Source of the DNA: Paramecium tetraurelia
Lineage: Eukaryota
Reading direction: 5' to 3'
DNA: 64,000 nucleotides
Assembly (NCBI GenBank): GCA_000165425.1
Contig: CT868027.1
Coordinates: 124,001 to 188,000, forward strand
Below are positions 25,819-39,163 of the stretch, piece by piece (within the stretch, counting starts at the first letter, position 1; every line of letters starts with the position of its first letter). Both the position numbers and the translations under genes were made by a program. The notes beneath the pieces are model-generated. The model was not told where the DNA came from. It searched no databases and was given only the letters and a program-made list of their open reading frames with translations.

Positions 25819-26232
25819 ATGAGATCACTTTCTTAGGCTTGTATCACTGAAAATTCAGAGAACATTGAAAAGTTCATCTTCAAACAAAAGAAATTAGTCA
25901 CCTTGAGGTCAGACTCACCTACTCTATCCAAAAGACTTAGTCAATAGCCAATTCTCGTATAATCTGATTCACCTCTTAAAAAACATAAAACTTGCAGTAG
26001 TGAAATTCCCTTGAGTAATGGGAAAATGTTCTTGAAGGATGGCAAGATCCTGTTCTTGAAGTAAAAGCTGCCTAAATTGGAGTTACCATAAACAAAATGT
26101 AAATTTGACCCAAAAGTTGAGATCCTCAAATGGATACAAACAAATAAGAGCATTTCTCCACTAAAGAAAAGAGTTGCCTTTAGGGCTATTAAAGAATCTA
26201 ATGGCTAAAACAGGAAATCATTAATCTTTTGA
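25819..26232 (+). CDS. Hypothetical basic protein, 137 aa
   Basis: MRSLSQACITENSE...RKSLIF-TGA, uninterrupted ORF with coding-like composition. Confidence 0.65.
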
Positions 26233-26499
26233 TTATCATTTATCAATTAATTAACTACAGAATTAGAATATTTAACAGTTCCCTTGACATTCGATATTGT
26301 ATTATGTATTGTCCAATAAAGATAAAACAATAATCATCAAAAATCATGTCAAATATACAAGTTAGAAATTGTCATTAATAATAAACATTATAATCTATAG
26401 TGAAACCTCTTAGTTTTATATGGCAATAGTATGAGTCTTCTCATTTGATATATTAAATAAATTGTTAACATATTTTTAATCAAATATTTATATTATTTA

Positions 26500-27638
26500 A
26501 TGGATTATTACAAGATTTTAGAAATTAATCGTGATGCTTCAGCTTCAGAAGTTGCCAAAGCCTACAATAAGCTTTCTTTAAAATGGCATCCAAAGTTGAG
26601 TAAGTTAGATCACAATACTACTTATCATCATTTTTGCTTAATTTCAGAAGCCTACGAAGTATTATCTGATCGTAATGATATTTAATAACCAAATTAGCTA
26701 TCAAAAGGACATTCTATGATAAGTATGGAGAAGAGAAGTTGAAAGAAGGATTCTTTGCAAATGGAAGTAAATAAGTTATTGATTTCATTAGACCTCAAGG
26801 GCGGTTACAGTTTTGCAGGCAATCCTTTTGAAATATTTGAAAAGTTTTTTGGGACATCCAATCCATTTGCTCAACTAATAGGTAACTATGAACCCTCATT
26901 CATTTAGATACCAATGGATCAGAAAATCACGGCACTCTCTTTAGTCATGCATTTGGAGGATAGAATTTTCCAGGAATTCCAGGACCTCAAGATCTTGAGA
27001 TCTAAGTAGAGTGTACCCTACATGAATTGTATAATGGTTGTGCAAAAACAGTCTCATATTAGAGATAAGTGCTGAATAAAGATGGAATCACAACTCGTTA
27101 AATTATGGAAACTAAGTATTCATTTCAGACTGACATCTATTAGAGAAATTAAAATTGATCGTGGAATTGAAACTGGGTAGAAGATAGTCTACAAAGAATT
27201 AGGTAATGAAGCGGCTGGATTTAAGTCATCTGATTTGATTTTCTTAATCAAAGAAACTGCGCATCCAACTTTTAAGAGAAAAGGGAATGACCTATTGTAT
27301 ATTGCAAAAATTAATTTGGCCAATGCAATAGCTGCAGATCCGATACAGATAATAACATTGGACAATAGAAAATTGCAGGTGCCAGTTGATTAAATCATTA
27401 GGTATTGTAATTTATTATAATTCATAGTCCCAAGTATGTGAAGATGATTGAAAGTGAAGGAATGCCTGTCTTTTAATAGGATGAAGTGAAAGTATCAATT
27501 TTGATTCATTTTTAGGATTTCGGTAAACCATAAACATTTGGAAATTTGTACATTAGATTTGATATCCAATTCCCAGAAGATCTAACAGAAAGTTAAAAAA
27601 ATAGAATCAAAAATATTTTATTAGAAGGTTAATAATGA
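26500..27638 (+). CDS. Type II DnaJ/Hsp40 (DNAJB13/RSP16-like), HPD motif changed to HPK
   Basis: MDYYKILEI...KWHPK...ISEAYEVLSD, NPFEIFEKFFGTSNPF, CTLHELYNGCAK, HPTFKRKGNDL, EGMP and GNLYIRFDIQFPE; about six small introns. Confidence 0.9.
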
Positions 27639-27850
27639 TTAATATTAATTATCATCATTATCATTATTTAATTACTCTCTACTTTTTTTATTAATTTTAA
27701 TTATATAGATATATATAGATTGATCAATAATTTACTAAATATTCTTAGATCTTCTTATATTTTATTCATCATTATATATAATTTTAATAAAATAATATTT
27801 TAACTTTAAGAATATGAATTCACAAATAATAATTAAAGATATATAACATC

Positions 27851-30800
27851 TCAATACTCGTCAATAGTATCTTTTGTGTCCAGTTAAACCATATATCTGA
27901 CCTTCACTTTGGTCTCATCATAGACTATGTATTCATTGTGCTAAAGTTAAAAGCGAACTGGATTTCCTTCCTTATCCTTCTTCTTAGGTTATGGATAGTC
28001 AATGCATTATCCAACAGGCACCTTACATCCATTTGACAAAATCACTGACTAGTTGTAATCAGGTCCTCGTCTTCCACATCCTTTGACAGACTAGTATTAT
28101 TCTAAAATTATTATCTGATAAAATTACTGTCTAGATTGGTAATGTATTCAGGATTATATTGATTCAAAGTTTTTCCTACAGCCACTTCGCATAATAACAT
28201 GTATCTGTATCTTTGAATTTCATCTTGCTCATCTTTCTTAGCATTATTTGATCTGTCGTAATATCCATTTTATTAGAAAAGTCCATTATATGTGTTGTAA
28301 TAGAGAGACCAATCCTCAGTATAACCAAATGACTTTTAGAACATATCTGCAAAGTAGATACCTTTTCCAAACATAGTTCCGGTATTAAAAGCCCATGGAG
28401 GTGCCACTAAATATATAGACAATAATCAATACCTCTAAGTCCTTAAGCCAGAATACCCATGAAATTTGATATTTTAGAACCATGCCATAAGAGCATTCTG
28501 TTATGTTGTTTATTGTGCTCAAATCTTTCAGCTTCTCCTCTTCTCTCAACTGCAAAGATATTGGACACCTTTGCTTGTTGGGATTAATTGATATATTAGA
28601 CTATCAATTTGAATTCAGGATGCTCTTTTGGTAGAGTAACTACTCTAACATTGAGAGCATTGAAACAATAAGTTAATGGATTAATTGTCTATTTCACAAG
28701 ATGAGCACCCAATAGGATTTTAGAAGTGATTTCAAAGTTAAGTAAGGTTTCAATTAACAACAACTTTTGATTTATTGCTTCAACTGAATCCAATGGAGGG
28801 AAGAGGTTCTGTTTTTAATTCTGTTACTGGAATGAATTCATAAAATCTGCTTGATTTATCACAAATTTCATTAAATATGTTTTGTATCTTCTTAATATCA
28901 AGATCTCCAGTTTATCTGAGTTTTTGTAGATCTTCCACACAATCTGTTAATTCATTCAAAATAGCCTTAGCTGCTTCCAATTGCTTTCTATCTAGTCTTT
29001 CAATAGGCATAGAATCCAAATCAATATGGAATTACTATAAATCCTTGTTGTACAATTTAACTTAGACAAATTGCAACATGAACCTTCTGATTGCTTTTTC
29101 TAAATTGCATTGTTAATAAGGACTCTTCTTGCTAAAATCGAATGGATTAAGTAAGGTCTTGTAATTTTTAACATTCTTGAAATTAATCAATTAATATTTT
29201 CCTGGCTTTTTCTCAAAAGGCTCTTCTCCTGATGAAACCTTCTTCCAATCATTCCCTCCAGTCTTAGAATGGAATATCTTATTGAACTCCTTAATAGCCT
29301 CTTCTGCATTTTCAAAAGGTGTCAATTGATGCTATCCACCTGTACCAATTCTTCCCCATCTTGTGAAGAGTATAAACACATTTCTGTTTATTTCATGTAA
29401 GAGTTGCATCTTATAGAAGACATTCTCCGAATAGATGCCATTTCCAATATCCACTTTAGTCATCTATAACGAATATGGACCAGATTCTTTGTCTATCCAC
29501 ACTTCAACCTTCCCAGATGAAGTAGCTCGACTATCCACTATTTTTCTTGTGTCTTATTTTGAATCATCCAATTATTCACCATTTTAATCCAAGAATTTCT
29601 AAGCATCTGCCTCAACATCAATCTCTTCCTCTACCCATTATGCTTGAGAAATAACACTGGTTGGGAGTCTAGGCTGCTTTTACTTCTTGCCTTCTTTAGC
29701 ATTCAATTTCTTAAGAACTTCAGCCATGGTTCCTGAATCTTGATCATTAGCATAATCCAAAGGAGTTCTACCAAGTTTATCAGCTTGATTGATATCAAAT
29801 TACTTTGACAATATTTACAACATCTCAATGTTTTCATATGATCCAAATTCAAGTGGCTATACCACATAATGAATAGGCGTTCTATTCTACGAATCTTGAG
29901 CGTGAAGAGCAACCTTAAACTAAGGATGATTCAATATATAGTTGACCAACTTCAAGGAATTTATTTTAATAGCTAACATTAATGATGTTTCTCCGTTCTC
30001 AGTCTTTTCATTGATATCACAACCAGCATCTGTAAATTTATTGAGGATTATCACATCCTCCAAATGATATTCCTAGATCAAGTACAAAATTGGAGTTATT
30101 TAATAATCCTTTCCTTTAACCTTAAATTTCACATTTAAATTGGTTTTCTTATCCTTCCAGTGTTATAACTCTACATCAGATACCAAGGCTTTGTACTTTT
30201 CTTACAATCTAATAGAAAATGGAGTGTTCTAATCATTGTTGTAACAATTTGGATCACTATCTGATTACAACAAATATTAAATCATTCCAAAAAAGTCATT
30301 TTGAGCAGCATAATGTAATGGAGTATTATTCTAGTCATCCTTAGCATTTCTATCTACTTGTCTGCTTGCTAATTCATCAGCAATCATTAAAGAGATCTCA
30401 TCTGTACACTACCTACCCTTTATTGAGAAAATATGGAAAAGGTTTTATTTATTTTTGTTTTACTTCTATACAATTTCATCATCTTTCACTTTCATCAATA
30501 AAGTACGAACTAGTTTGAATTGCTCCTCCATTATTGCATCTTCAATTGCCCTTTGTAAATCATAGCCATCTGAAATCAATAAGTATGCCAATCCTTACCA
30601 ACCCTATTTGATGGCTAATTTAAAATAAGAATAAGTTCCTACTGGGAATTTGGTTGATTGCAATAAATAAACTTTGACTCGTTTTTAAGTTTTGCCTTAT
30701 TGATGATTTCCATAATATGGTCTTGCTGCAACTGCAGCCATCCTTTTAATTGGAGCCTTTCCTCCATATGACTTTCTGGCAGTCTATTTGGTTCTAGCAC

Positions 30801-33800
30801 CTCCATATAGTCCATTATCATCTTCCTCTTCTCCTTAGCCTTAGTCTTCGTTTTCTTCTTCTTCTTCATCACTCGCAAATTCGTCTTCCTATTCTATTGC
30901 CTCTCCCCTTTCAATTCTCTCCTTAATCTTCTTCCTTTCCTCCCTTCTAATCTTCTCATAATCAACAACAGTTGCGTATCTATTGACATCTGCCTTATTA
31001 TCTATAAGCATGGTGCAGAAATTAGAGTGACCACATAAGAATGCCAAAGCCAGTGGAGTGTTGCCATATTTATCAGGTACATCAATGGGAGCCTTCATTT
31101 TAATCATGTATCTTCCTGAGATTACACTTCCTCTCATGGCGGCATAATGAAGAGGAGATCTTTAATGGATATCCACAGTATCAACTGAACAATGTTTATC
31201 AGCTAATACAGATGACACTGTTTCAAATGGATCAATCTCTCTAAAATCATTATCATAAGTCATTTTTGTGAATGCATAGAAGAGGGGAGTTCTCTTGTAG
31301 ATGTCTAAGGCATTAGTGTTTGCTCCATTCTTAATTAACAAATGTTCCATCTCAAAACTGGCATCTGCTTCAGAATTAGATGAATTGATAGCATGATGTA
31401 AGGCAGTCCTTTTAGACTTATCAGGGAAATTGGGATCAGCCTTAAATTTAGTTAAAAATATCCCCACAACTTTAACATTACCTTACCTTACCCAATTTTA
31501 TATTGGGACTACATCTTCCTCATTCAAATTGTTAACACTGCCTCCATTTGAGATTAGAATATCCAAGATTCCATCTAGGGTATAATTGTATCTACAAGCT
31601 ATCTAACTTGTTGGAGTATTTAATTCTTCATCCTTTACAGTGACATCAATCTTACTAATTACATACTCTAAAAATGTTTAACTGTTTTCGTTTTCTCTAC
31701 CACAAACTTGATTCATATTGCATGAATTTGCAAAAAGATGAATGGGATAAATATTTTATTAGGCAGCTTCAGTGAAGGATAATGCCTTGATTTTATTGAT
31801 TTCTTGGATGAATGAAACACTATGATAAGACTTGAAAATAAAATGAGCTATAGTATAACCTCCCTCATCAATATAAGGATGATCTGTATTCTCTTATTGG
31901 TCCTCTTTTTATTCTCTAAATTACTTTCTCTTTATGATTGATGAATTAGAGTCTGCTCCTAAATTAATGAGCAATTGATATAGCTTAATTACTACCTCTT
32001 ATAGAGCCAAACATTCTTGTTTAGACTCATTGACCAAAACATCAACTTAATCTTACTTTAAAAAGACTATAACTGGCTTATTTTTATAATAAAATGTTTT
32101 AGTGTGGTATTAATCCTTAACTTTTACAGCATTTGCTTGAGGTTTAGAAAAAATATTAGTGGATCCAAGTAATCCATTTCTTGTTTTTTAAGGATGATGA
32201 TCATCTTCATCAGAATAATCTTAATTTTCATCTTCATCTTCATCCTCAATTTCATCTTCATTTTCTTCTTCATCTTCATTACTCTCTTCTACTTGGCTTT
32301 CTTCAACTTCTAGTTCATCTTTATCACTTCCTTCTTCATTTTCATCTTCTTCTCCTCCTTCACCTTCTTCATCTTCATCTTCTTCATTTTCTTCTTCATC
32401 CTGAAGATTTTTCTTCCCATCTTTCTAATCATTATTTTTCAACTTCTTTTCTTGATTTATCTTCTCCTCCTCTTCTACTAATATCTTTTGTTTCTCTTCG
32501 AATAATTTCTATAATAAAACCGATACTTTTTTTTCATAAATTTTTGAATATTATTATTCTGCTGTGCTTGTAAATTCAGAAAATAGATAAAGTATTGGAT
32601 TCCATCCATTTTCATCATATTAATTGACAAAGGTTGGATCCACAGTCTTAATGATATTCTATAAAATAGAAAATCCCTTTTCACTTTAGAATAATCTACA
32701 TTCAATTAACTTATGCAAGATGTTTCTATCTTTTTTATCAACATAGTTAACAGAAGGAGTAGACAATTTCAATAGTAATTCAGACACTTTGAAATTCTAA
32801 CTAATTAATGATTGAATGAATGGAGTTTATCCATTATTATCTTAGACATTAACATCTGAACCTGCATTAATTAAGAGTTCAATCATCTCGTGAACTAACT
32901 CCTCATACTTATTTTTGATAACTCTTCTTTCTGCTTTGCTCATTTCATTCCATTTAGGATAAAATTACTTGGCTTCTTTTCTTGACAATAATACTGCATA
33001 ATGCAAAGGAGTCTTCTCTTATAAGTCTGCAATCTTGACATCAGCATTCTTCTCCAAAATCAAATATTTCATGTACTCAAATGAATCCACTGTAAACTTA
33101 CTCAAACTTGAAGAAATCAAAGTTCTGCCTTCATCATCTTTACAATTGACATCAGTTGTTGGATAACTCAATAACTTCTTAACAATTCCCAAATGATTCT
33201 TCTATAGAGCCACAGACAACGGAGTCAATTTCCAAGAATTTGGTAAATTTTAATCAGCTCCAGCCTTCATTAGTTCTTCTATACATTCTGGAAAACCATA
33301 AGCTGCTGCATAATGAAGAGGAGTATTCTTAGAACTGTCTGGCTAATCATATTCGGCTCCATGATAAAGTAATAAAGAAAGAATCTTTACATTTCCATTA
33401 CGTGCAGCCAAAACACAAGAAGTTCTTCCATATTTATCCTTGGCCAAAACTTTTGCTCCCTATTCAATTAAATACTTAGCTAATTCATAATGGCCATATG
33501 CACATGCAATATTTAATGGAGTCATTCTATTTTATCCTGTCAAATTAATTTTTGCTCCATTTTTTAACAAAACCTTTACAGTCTCCAAATGTCCTCCCAA
33601 ACATGCGGCATGAATTGCTGCATTTCCATCTCTATTTTTTCCATCTATATTATTAGAAGCCAATAATTCGACATTATGTGTTCTACCATATTATGCTGCC
33701 AATATCAATGGGGTGCTCTTATTTCGATCTCCCTCTCTAACATCTATACTATTATCCATTAAAAACTTAAGACAAGCTGAAGTTTATGCGACAGCAGCAT

Positions 33801-35616
33801 AATGGACAGGTTTCCTATGAAAATCATCTAAAATATTATATTCCTATGAAATTTCTAACAATTTCTATAGGCATGCATGATTTGGATTAATAGCTGCACA
33901 ATGGATTGGAGTAACTAAATAAGTTCCACCTGATTTCTTTGTGGCTGAGGGTTTCTTAATATTACCAATGCGACTGGCACTTGTGTAATTCAAAACATCA
34001 ACATGAACTTAATTAAACCCATACATATGTCCTTTATCCATTGCCATTTGAACCAAATAACCAGCTGTCTTCCAATTTCCACTTCTGACTGCTAATGCAA
34101 TTTGATCATAATATTGATGTTCCTCTCCCAATTAGGCAATCATTAACCCAAAGAATTCAGGATTAGTTTCGATTTTCAATAATCTCTCAATTTAATCCTC
34201 TGTTAAAGTATCTTCCTGATCCAAATCATAAACAAAAGCATTATTTCCTTCTCTTCCTCCTCTGCCTAAGGCCACCTTTCTCGTTCTGGAACCATAAGCA
34301 TATTAATCATTATATCCTGTTTATATTTCCTTGAGAGAACATCTAGGAGTAGTTCCCAATTTGACTTTTTCCATTGCCTTTAGAAACTTAAGCAACATAG
34401 CTTTATCTTATCTTTTAAAAATGAGTTCAATAGCATTGGCATCATTTTCAGGAGCCCATCTCTAAAAGAGATTACTAATTTTTAATGAATGAGCAAAAAT
34501 ATCATCTAATAATTTAATATTACCTGTTTGAGCAGCTCTAATCAACTCCTTATTATTCATCATGATGCTTGAATGATCAACGAATTTTGAGGATGTTCCT
34601 TCTAATTGTTCACTAGTTTACCTAATTTCTCTGTAATTGGGATTAGCTTTGCCTCTCATGAATTTTTTTGGTTGAGCAGGTTACGATTTAGATTTCTTAG
34701 CACCTGCTTTCCCTTTCTTTTTCTTTTCTTCAACTGATTGAGATTGAACTTCATTTTCTTCAAACTCTTCTTCAGATTCATCAGACTCTTCCTTTTTCTA
34801 TGCTCTACCTCTCTTGATTTATTTTTTCTAAACTGGAGGTACTTCAGGTTGAGCTTTCTTACCGGATGGAGCTTATCTAGTAGCTCTTTTCTTTTTTTAT
34901 TCTTATTCACTTTCCTCATCAGAACTCTATTCACTTTCTTACTATTTTACTTACTTTGTTGGTTTTTTATTAGTTTTCACAACCTTTTGTGCTTGCTTTT
35001 TTGTTGTTACTTACTTTTTGGGTGGTTATTCCTCAGATGATTCTTCTTCCTCAGCACTGTCTTCAGATTCAACCTTTTTTTTTGTAATTTTTTGGACTTC
35101 CTTTTTTTGAGTCTGTTCTTTTACTGCTTATTTTGTTCCTTTCTTTATTGTTTATTTTTTGGGGGGTTCCTCTTCTTCACTTTCGCTTTCAGAACTTACC
35201 TGTTTCTTTTACTACTTGGTATTGGCGGGAATTTGTTTAACGCTCTTTGCAATATCTTACAATGTATCCTATTGGAATACAAAAGATGTAACAGTTGATT
35301 TACTTCTTGGATTTGGTTTTGTGGATTTTACTTCAACATCTTCCACAATTTTACTAAAAAATAATATCTTTTCTTACGTTCTTTCCTTAACGGATAATAG
35401 TGCTTCTTATGACTCTTTGTAGACTACTTTGCCGTCCTTTTGCTTCTCCTGCTACTCCAGTCTTACTACTTTTAATTAGGATTTGTGGTCATTAGTTTTT
35501 AAATCTTCCACTACTTTGTAAAAGACTGGCTTGCCTTTTTCACTTTGTCCTAGGATCTGGTCCTTTTTGAATTGATATGCATAGTTAGGTTCTGTCTTTT
35601 ATCCACGAGTCTTCAT
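27851..35616 (-). CDS. Very large poly(ADP-ribose) polymerase: K/E-rich N-terminus, many ankyrin repeats, WGR, PARP regulatory and catalytic domains
   Basis: Ankyrin motifs ([26 protein letters not shown]); FTRWGRIGT at about 29350; LLWHGS at about 28480; [26 protein letters not shown] at about 27930. The H-Y-E triad is intact. Confidence 0.93.
32185..32480 (-). repeat. Acidic (E/D) low-complexity tract inside the PARP
   Basis: Dense TTC/ATC repeats on + read as GAA/GAT (poly E/D) on the minus strand. Confidence 0.8.
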
Positions 35617-35715
35617 TTAAGTTTATTATTAAATTAAATTAAAAATCTGATGGATTTTTGATTAAATTTTATATGGGGTATCTAAATTATTATAAATAAA
35701 TTAATAATTAAATTC

Positions 35716-36781
35716 TCAATTAATTTTCTCCAAACTTATACATTCTATTTAACTTCTCAATTCTTTAACATCCTCTTAAATGTTATCGAAAGTAGGATGG
35801 TGATTTGCATACTCAAAATTGATGGGACTGTATTCATTCAAAATTCTTCTCTAATGGAAAGGTGAAATATCTAAAGAATGAATTCCATCAAATTATTTTG
35901 AATCGAAAGAATCCAAGCCTTATATCAAATTAATAGATGGCTGAATTCTATTTGAAGGAGTACGATTCTAAATATTAATAAATGATTCGTTTTTTAAAGA
36001 ATCGTTTTTTGTATTGTCATGCTCTTCCTTTATTGATTAAATAGTCTCCAAAGGCTGATAAATCTATATCGGAGGAGGAACGTGAGGTTATTCAGAAATA
36101 GAAGACTCTTGATCATTGTCCTCGTCATCCGATTTTTCCTCCAACATACTCACTCTCTTTATATATGAATAAAATCTATTCTTCACTTAATTTTCCTATT
36201 TAATTTTAAATACTTCTTACTGGTCTTCTGTCTAACATCTTAGCAATTTCACTCCACTTTGGCCCGTAAATTCTATACTACTCCAATATTATTTTATCCT
36301 CTTGCGCTGTGAATTTTTATCGATTAATCTCTGGGTCCAAATTATTTAAAAATCTCTCTCTTATTTATTTGCTAGAACGTCCTTCCATGAACCCTTCGAT
36401 TAGCTTCCAATTTCGACCATATTACTAAACAAGTTCAAATACTTTTTTGTCCTCCTCATCCGACCATTGTTTACGCAATTTAGTCTAAAATTCTATAACC
36501 ATCCAAACTACCTTATTGGGATTGATCCTCTTCCATCTCTATTGACATTAACTTAAATTTCTCCCAGGAATTTCTTCAGAAATCTACCGCCAATTTCCAT
36601 TATATTTTCTATGCAATTCAATAAGCAAGGAGTCCTCATTAGCTTTCCAAAACTTCCCATACCTCTTCTCTGATGAACTAGAATCAGAGTCCTTGTTCTG
36701 CTTCCTAATAGACTTATTGATAGATGGCGATCTCTATTAGAACCAAAATAATTACTTTGAGTTTCCTCTCTAGCTACTCAT
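35716..36781 (-). CDS. Three-repeat Myb (R1R2R3) transcription factor
   Basis: FWKANEDSLL...GNWRQIS...PGRNLSQCQQRW; QWSDEED...GRNWK...GRSSKQIRERF; FTAQED...GPKWSEIA...KNRFYS; two introns. Confidence 0.92.
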
Positions 36782-36859
36782 ATTTTTAATTAATTTAATC
36801 ACTGCTCAACATTGATATTTGAATTAAATCTTTAAGTGTAAACTATAATTATAAAAATG

Positions 36860-37777
36860 TCATCAAAAATTAAATCAAATAATTTATCTAAACTCTGGAA
36901 GGGTTAACAACCGATTGTGTTATTTCTATGGCTTTTTAAGGGGTTTAAGATACATCTACACATTAGCTTTTATTTTCCTTGGAGATGGAGCCAAAGTGGT
37001 AGTCATTGTGGCTGGTGTTCTTGGAGTCAATACTTTCTAAAAGTCATTAGGGAGAAAGGGAATCGAACGATATTTATCAAAAATTTTTCGATGATTGGAA
37101 AATTTTCTCCTTTAATCAACTACAATCTGTTGCTGTTTAATTAAGAAGGAGTCGAAAAAGCTAGACTTGCATTTGGCCTGATTTGAACAAGTTTATGGAG
37201 CAATATCTTCCAGATGCTCGAACGAATTTATAATAAAATCATTATTAGGTTCACCACCCTCCTCTATTTGGATACTCTTCATATTCATATATTATGGATA
37301 TAACTTTTCGTGTTGTTTCTTTTGAGTTCTTTAAAACTTATTTGCCAGAGCTTCTTGCTCCTTTATTTATTAAATTATAAAAACACCCTCCTTCATTGAA
37401 TCCCTTTGAAAGATTGTTCCCTTCCCACATAATGAACAATCACAACTCTTCCTCTGCTGTTTTTCTTTGACTTCAATGAGTTTTTAAGATTATTTAGCAT
37501 TGGTCGCCAATGAACCCCTTTTCTACGGAGATTATTCCCTTGTTTGAAGATCCTCATTGGTTTCTTTTCGAGATGGATGGACGTTTTTGGGTTAAGTTTC
37601 AAATCTGTACAAGAATCTTTGATTATGAGGCAAACTGAAGCTTCGTTTAACCCTCGGAGCATGAACATTTCTCAATAACACGTTCTTCATTTATGCTTAT
37701 TTCTTTCTCTCGAGTCGCTCTGTCAAAGGTTGAAAGTGAACTTATAAATATGGTTTTCTTTATTTAATATTTTGCAT
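36860..37777 (-). CDS. Hypothetical protein with CxCxxCG motif (3' end approximate)
   Basis: MQNIKQRKPYLQVHF... with RKSCDCSLCGKG. Splicing and stop codon not fully resolved. Confidence 0.5.
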
Positions 37778-37789
37778 AATTTTATTTAA

Positions 37790-38404
37790 TCATTTATACA
37801 AATGACCACTCTAATGCAACTCATGAAGTGTTTTCAATAGATTCTCAACAAAATTAACTTATATCTCCTTCGGAATAGTACGAAATGCAGGAAAATGAAC
37901 AAATAAGCAAGCTGATTTTGGGCAACCGTGACTTTTTAATAAAGAACAATAATAAATGAAGTTACAAATATATCTCCCTGGATCTGTAGATTCTTCAACA
38001 GGAAATTTATTTCCTAATTTCTCCGCTAACAATTCAGTATTTAATTTAGTTTGTCTGCAATGATCTTTTTCGCAATCCTTCTCGATGCATTCATTATGAG
38101 CTAGGTATCCTTTCATATCAGGAATTCCAAAATCCTTTAAATTGTAACCACATTGTTCTATGTTAAATACCTATGATCCATCATAAACTCCAAAATGAAT
38201 ATTCAAAGTATGATCAGGCAGATTATTCACATATTATTCACAAGCCACTGTAGAAACTTCTAATACTTCAGAACGAATGATGTTATATTTTGTTTTAAAT
38301 TCCTCCGTAAACTCAGACACAATAACACTTGTAGGATTAGTAACTACATTCCCAAATTTCCCAAAAGCACTTATTGTTATTTGTAATTTATTGTTATTAT
38401 CCAT
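37790..38404 (-). CDS. Pyroglutamyl-peptidase I (peptidase C15), 204 aa, intronless
   Basis: SAFGKFGNVVTNPT, IHFGV, IEQCGYN (Glu), STDPGRYICNFIYY (Cys) and LFVHFP (His). Confidence 0.92.
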
Positions 38405-39163
38405 TATTAATTAATTTTTTTATGATTAATTAAATATATATATTCCTAACTTAAGAAATTATTTGAGATAAAACTACATAGAGTTTTAAATTGTTAGAGA
38501 TTACATTTTAATAATTATTAATTTGGAGGTATCAGAAATTTAAAGTTCGTAAAGAGCGCAACTTTGACACTTCTTTGTAGAAGTATGTATATCATTCAAT
38601 TAAAATTTAGTAGAGAAGATTTTTGACTTAACTTCTTTATTTTTATTAGAATATAAATTAATCTTATTATATTTTAAAATTGATATAACATAATTCCTGG
38701 TTATTATAAGAGTATTAACTTAATTAGATTAATTGTAATATAGATGGAATAATGAGAAATTCTAAAATATCTGATGTATAGTTGTTAGATTATTCTTCTT
38801 CAATAATTTAGATGAATTTAAACACATTGTTATTTTAATATCTATTTAAGCTAAATTGATTGAGTTAAAATTATTTGTATCATTTTTGGTTATTCATGAA
38901 TAATAAATATTTTTAAGATTTATTACTTTTTATAGAAGAAAAGCTATTAAACTAATTAATCGATTAGAATAATATAAATTAATCTTTTCTTTATTCAAAT
39001 GCTATTGTAATTTAATAATTATTTTCCTTAGTAAATTCTGGGTTATTTATAAAATTTGACTAAACTGGATGTAAATTGATAGACTCTGAATTCATATTTC
39101 TTATAGATATCAATAACTAACTTATATAAAAGATTTAAATTAATCATATGTTTAAAATGAAAA

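Noticed and set aside
32181..32573. His/Leu-rich 130-aa + strand ORF in the track
   Set aside because: Antisense shadow of the acidic E/D tract of the PARP.
34738..35422. Phe/Leu-rich membrane-like + strand ORFs
   Set aside because: Antisense of the K/E-rich PARP N-terminus.
37790..38404. Horizontal origin for the intronless pyroglutamyl peptidase (also the dNK and HAD genes)
   Set aside because: These families are widespread in eukaryotes, and lacking introns alone is not evidence of transfer.
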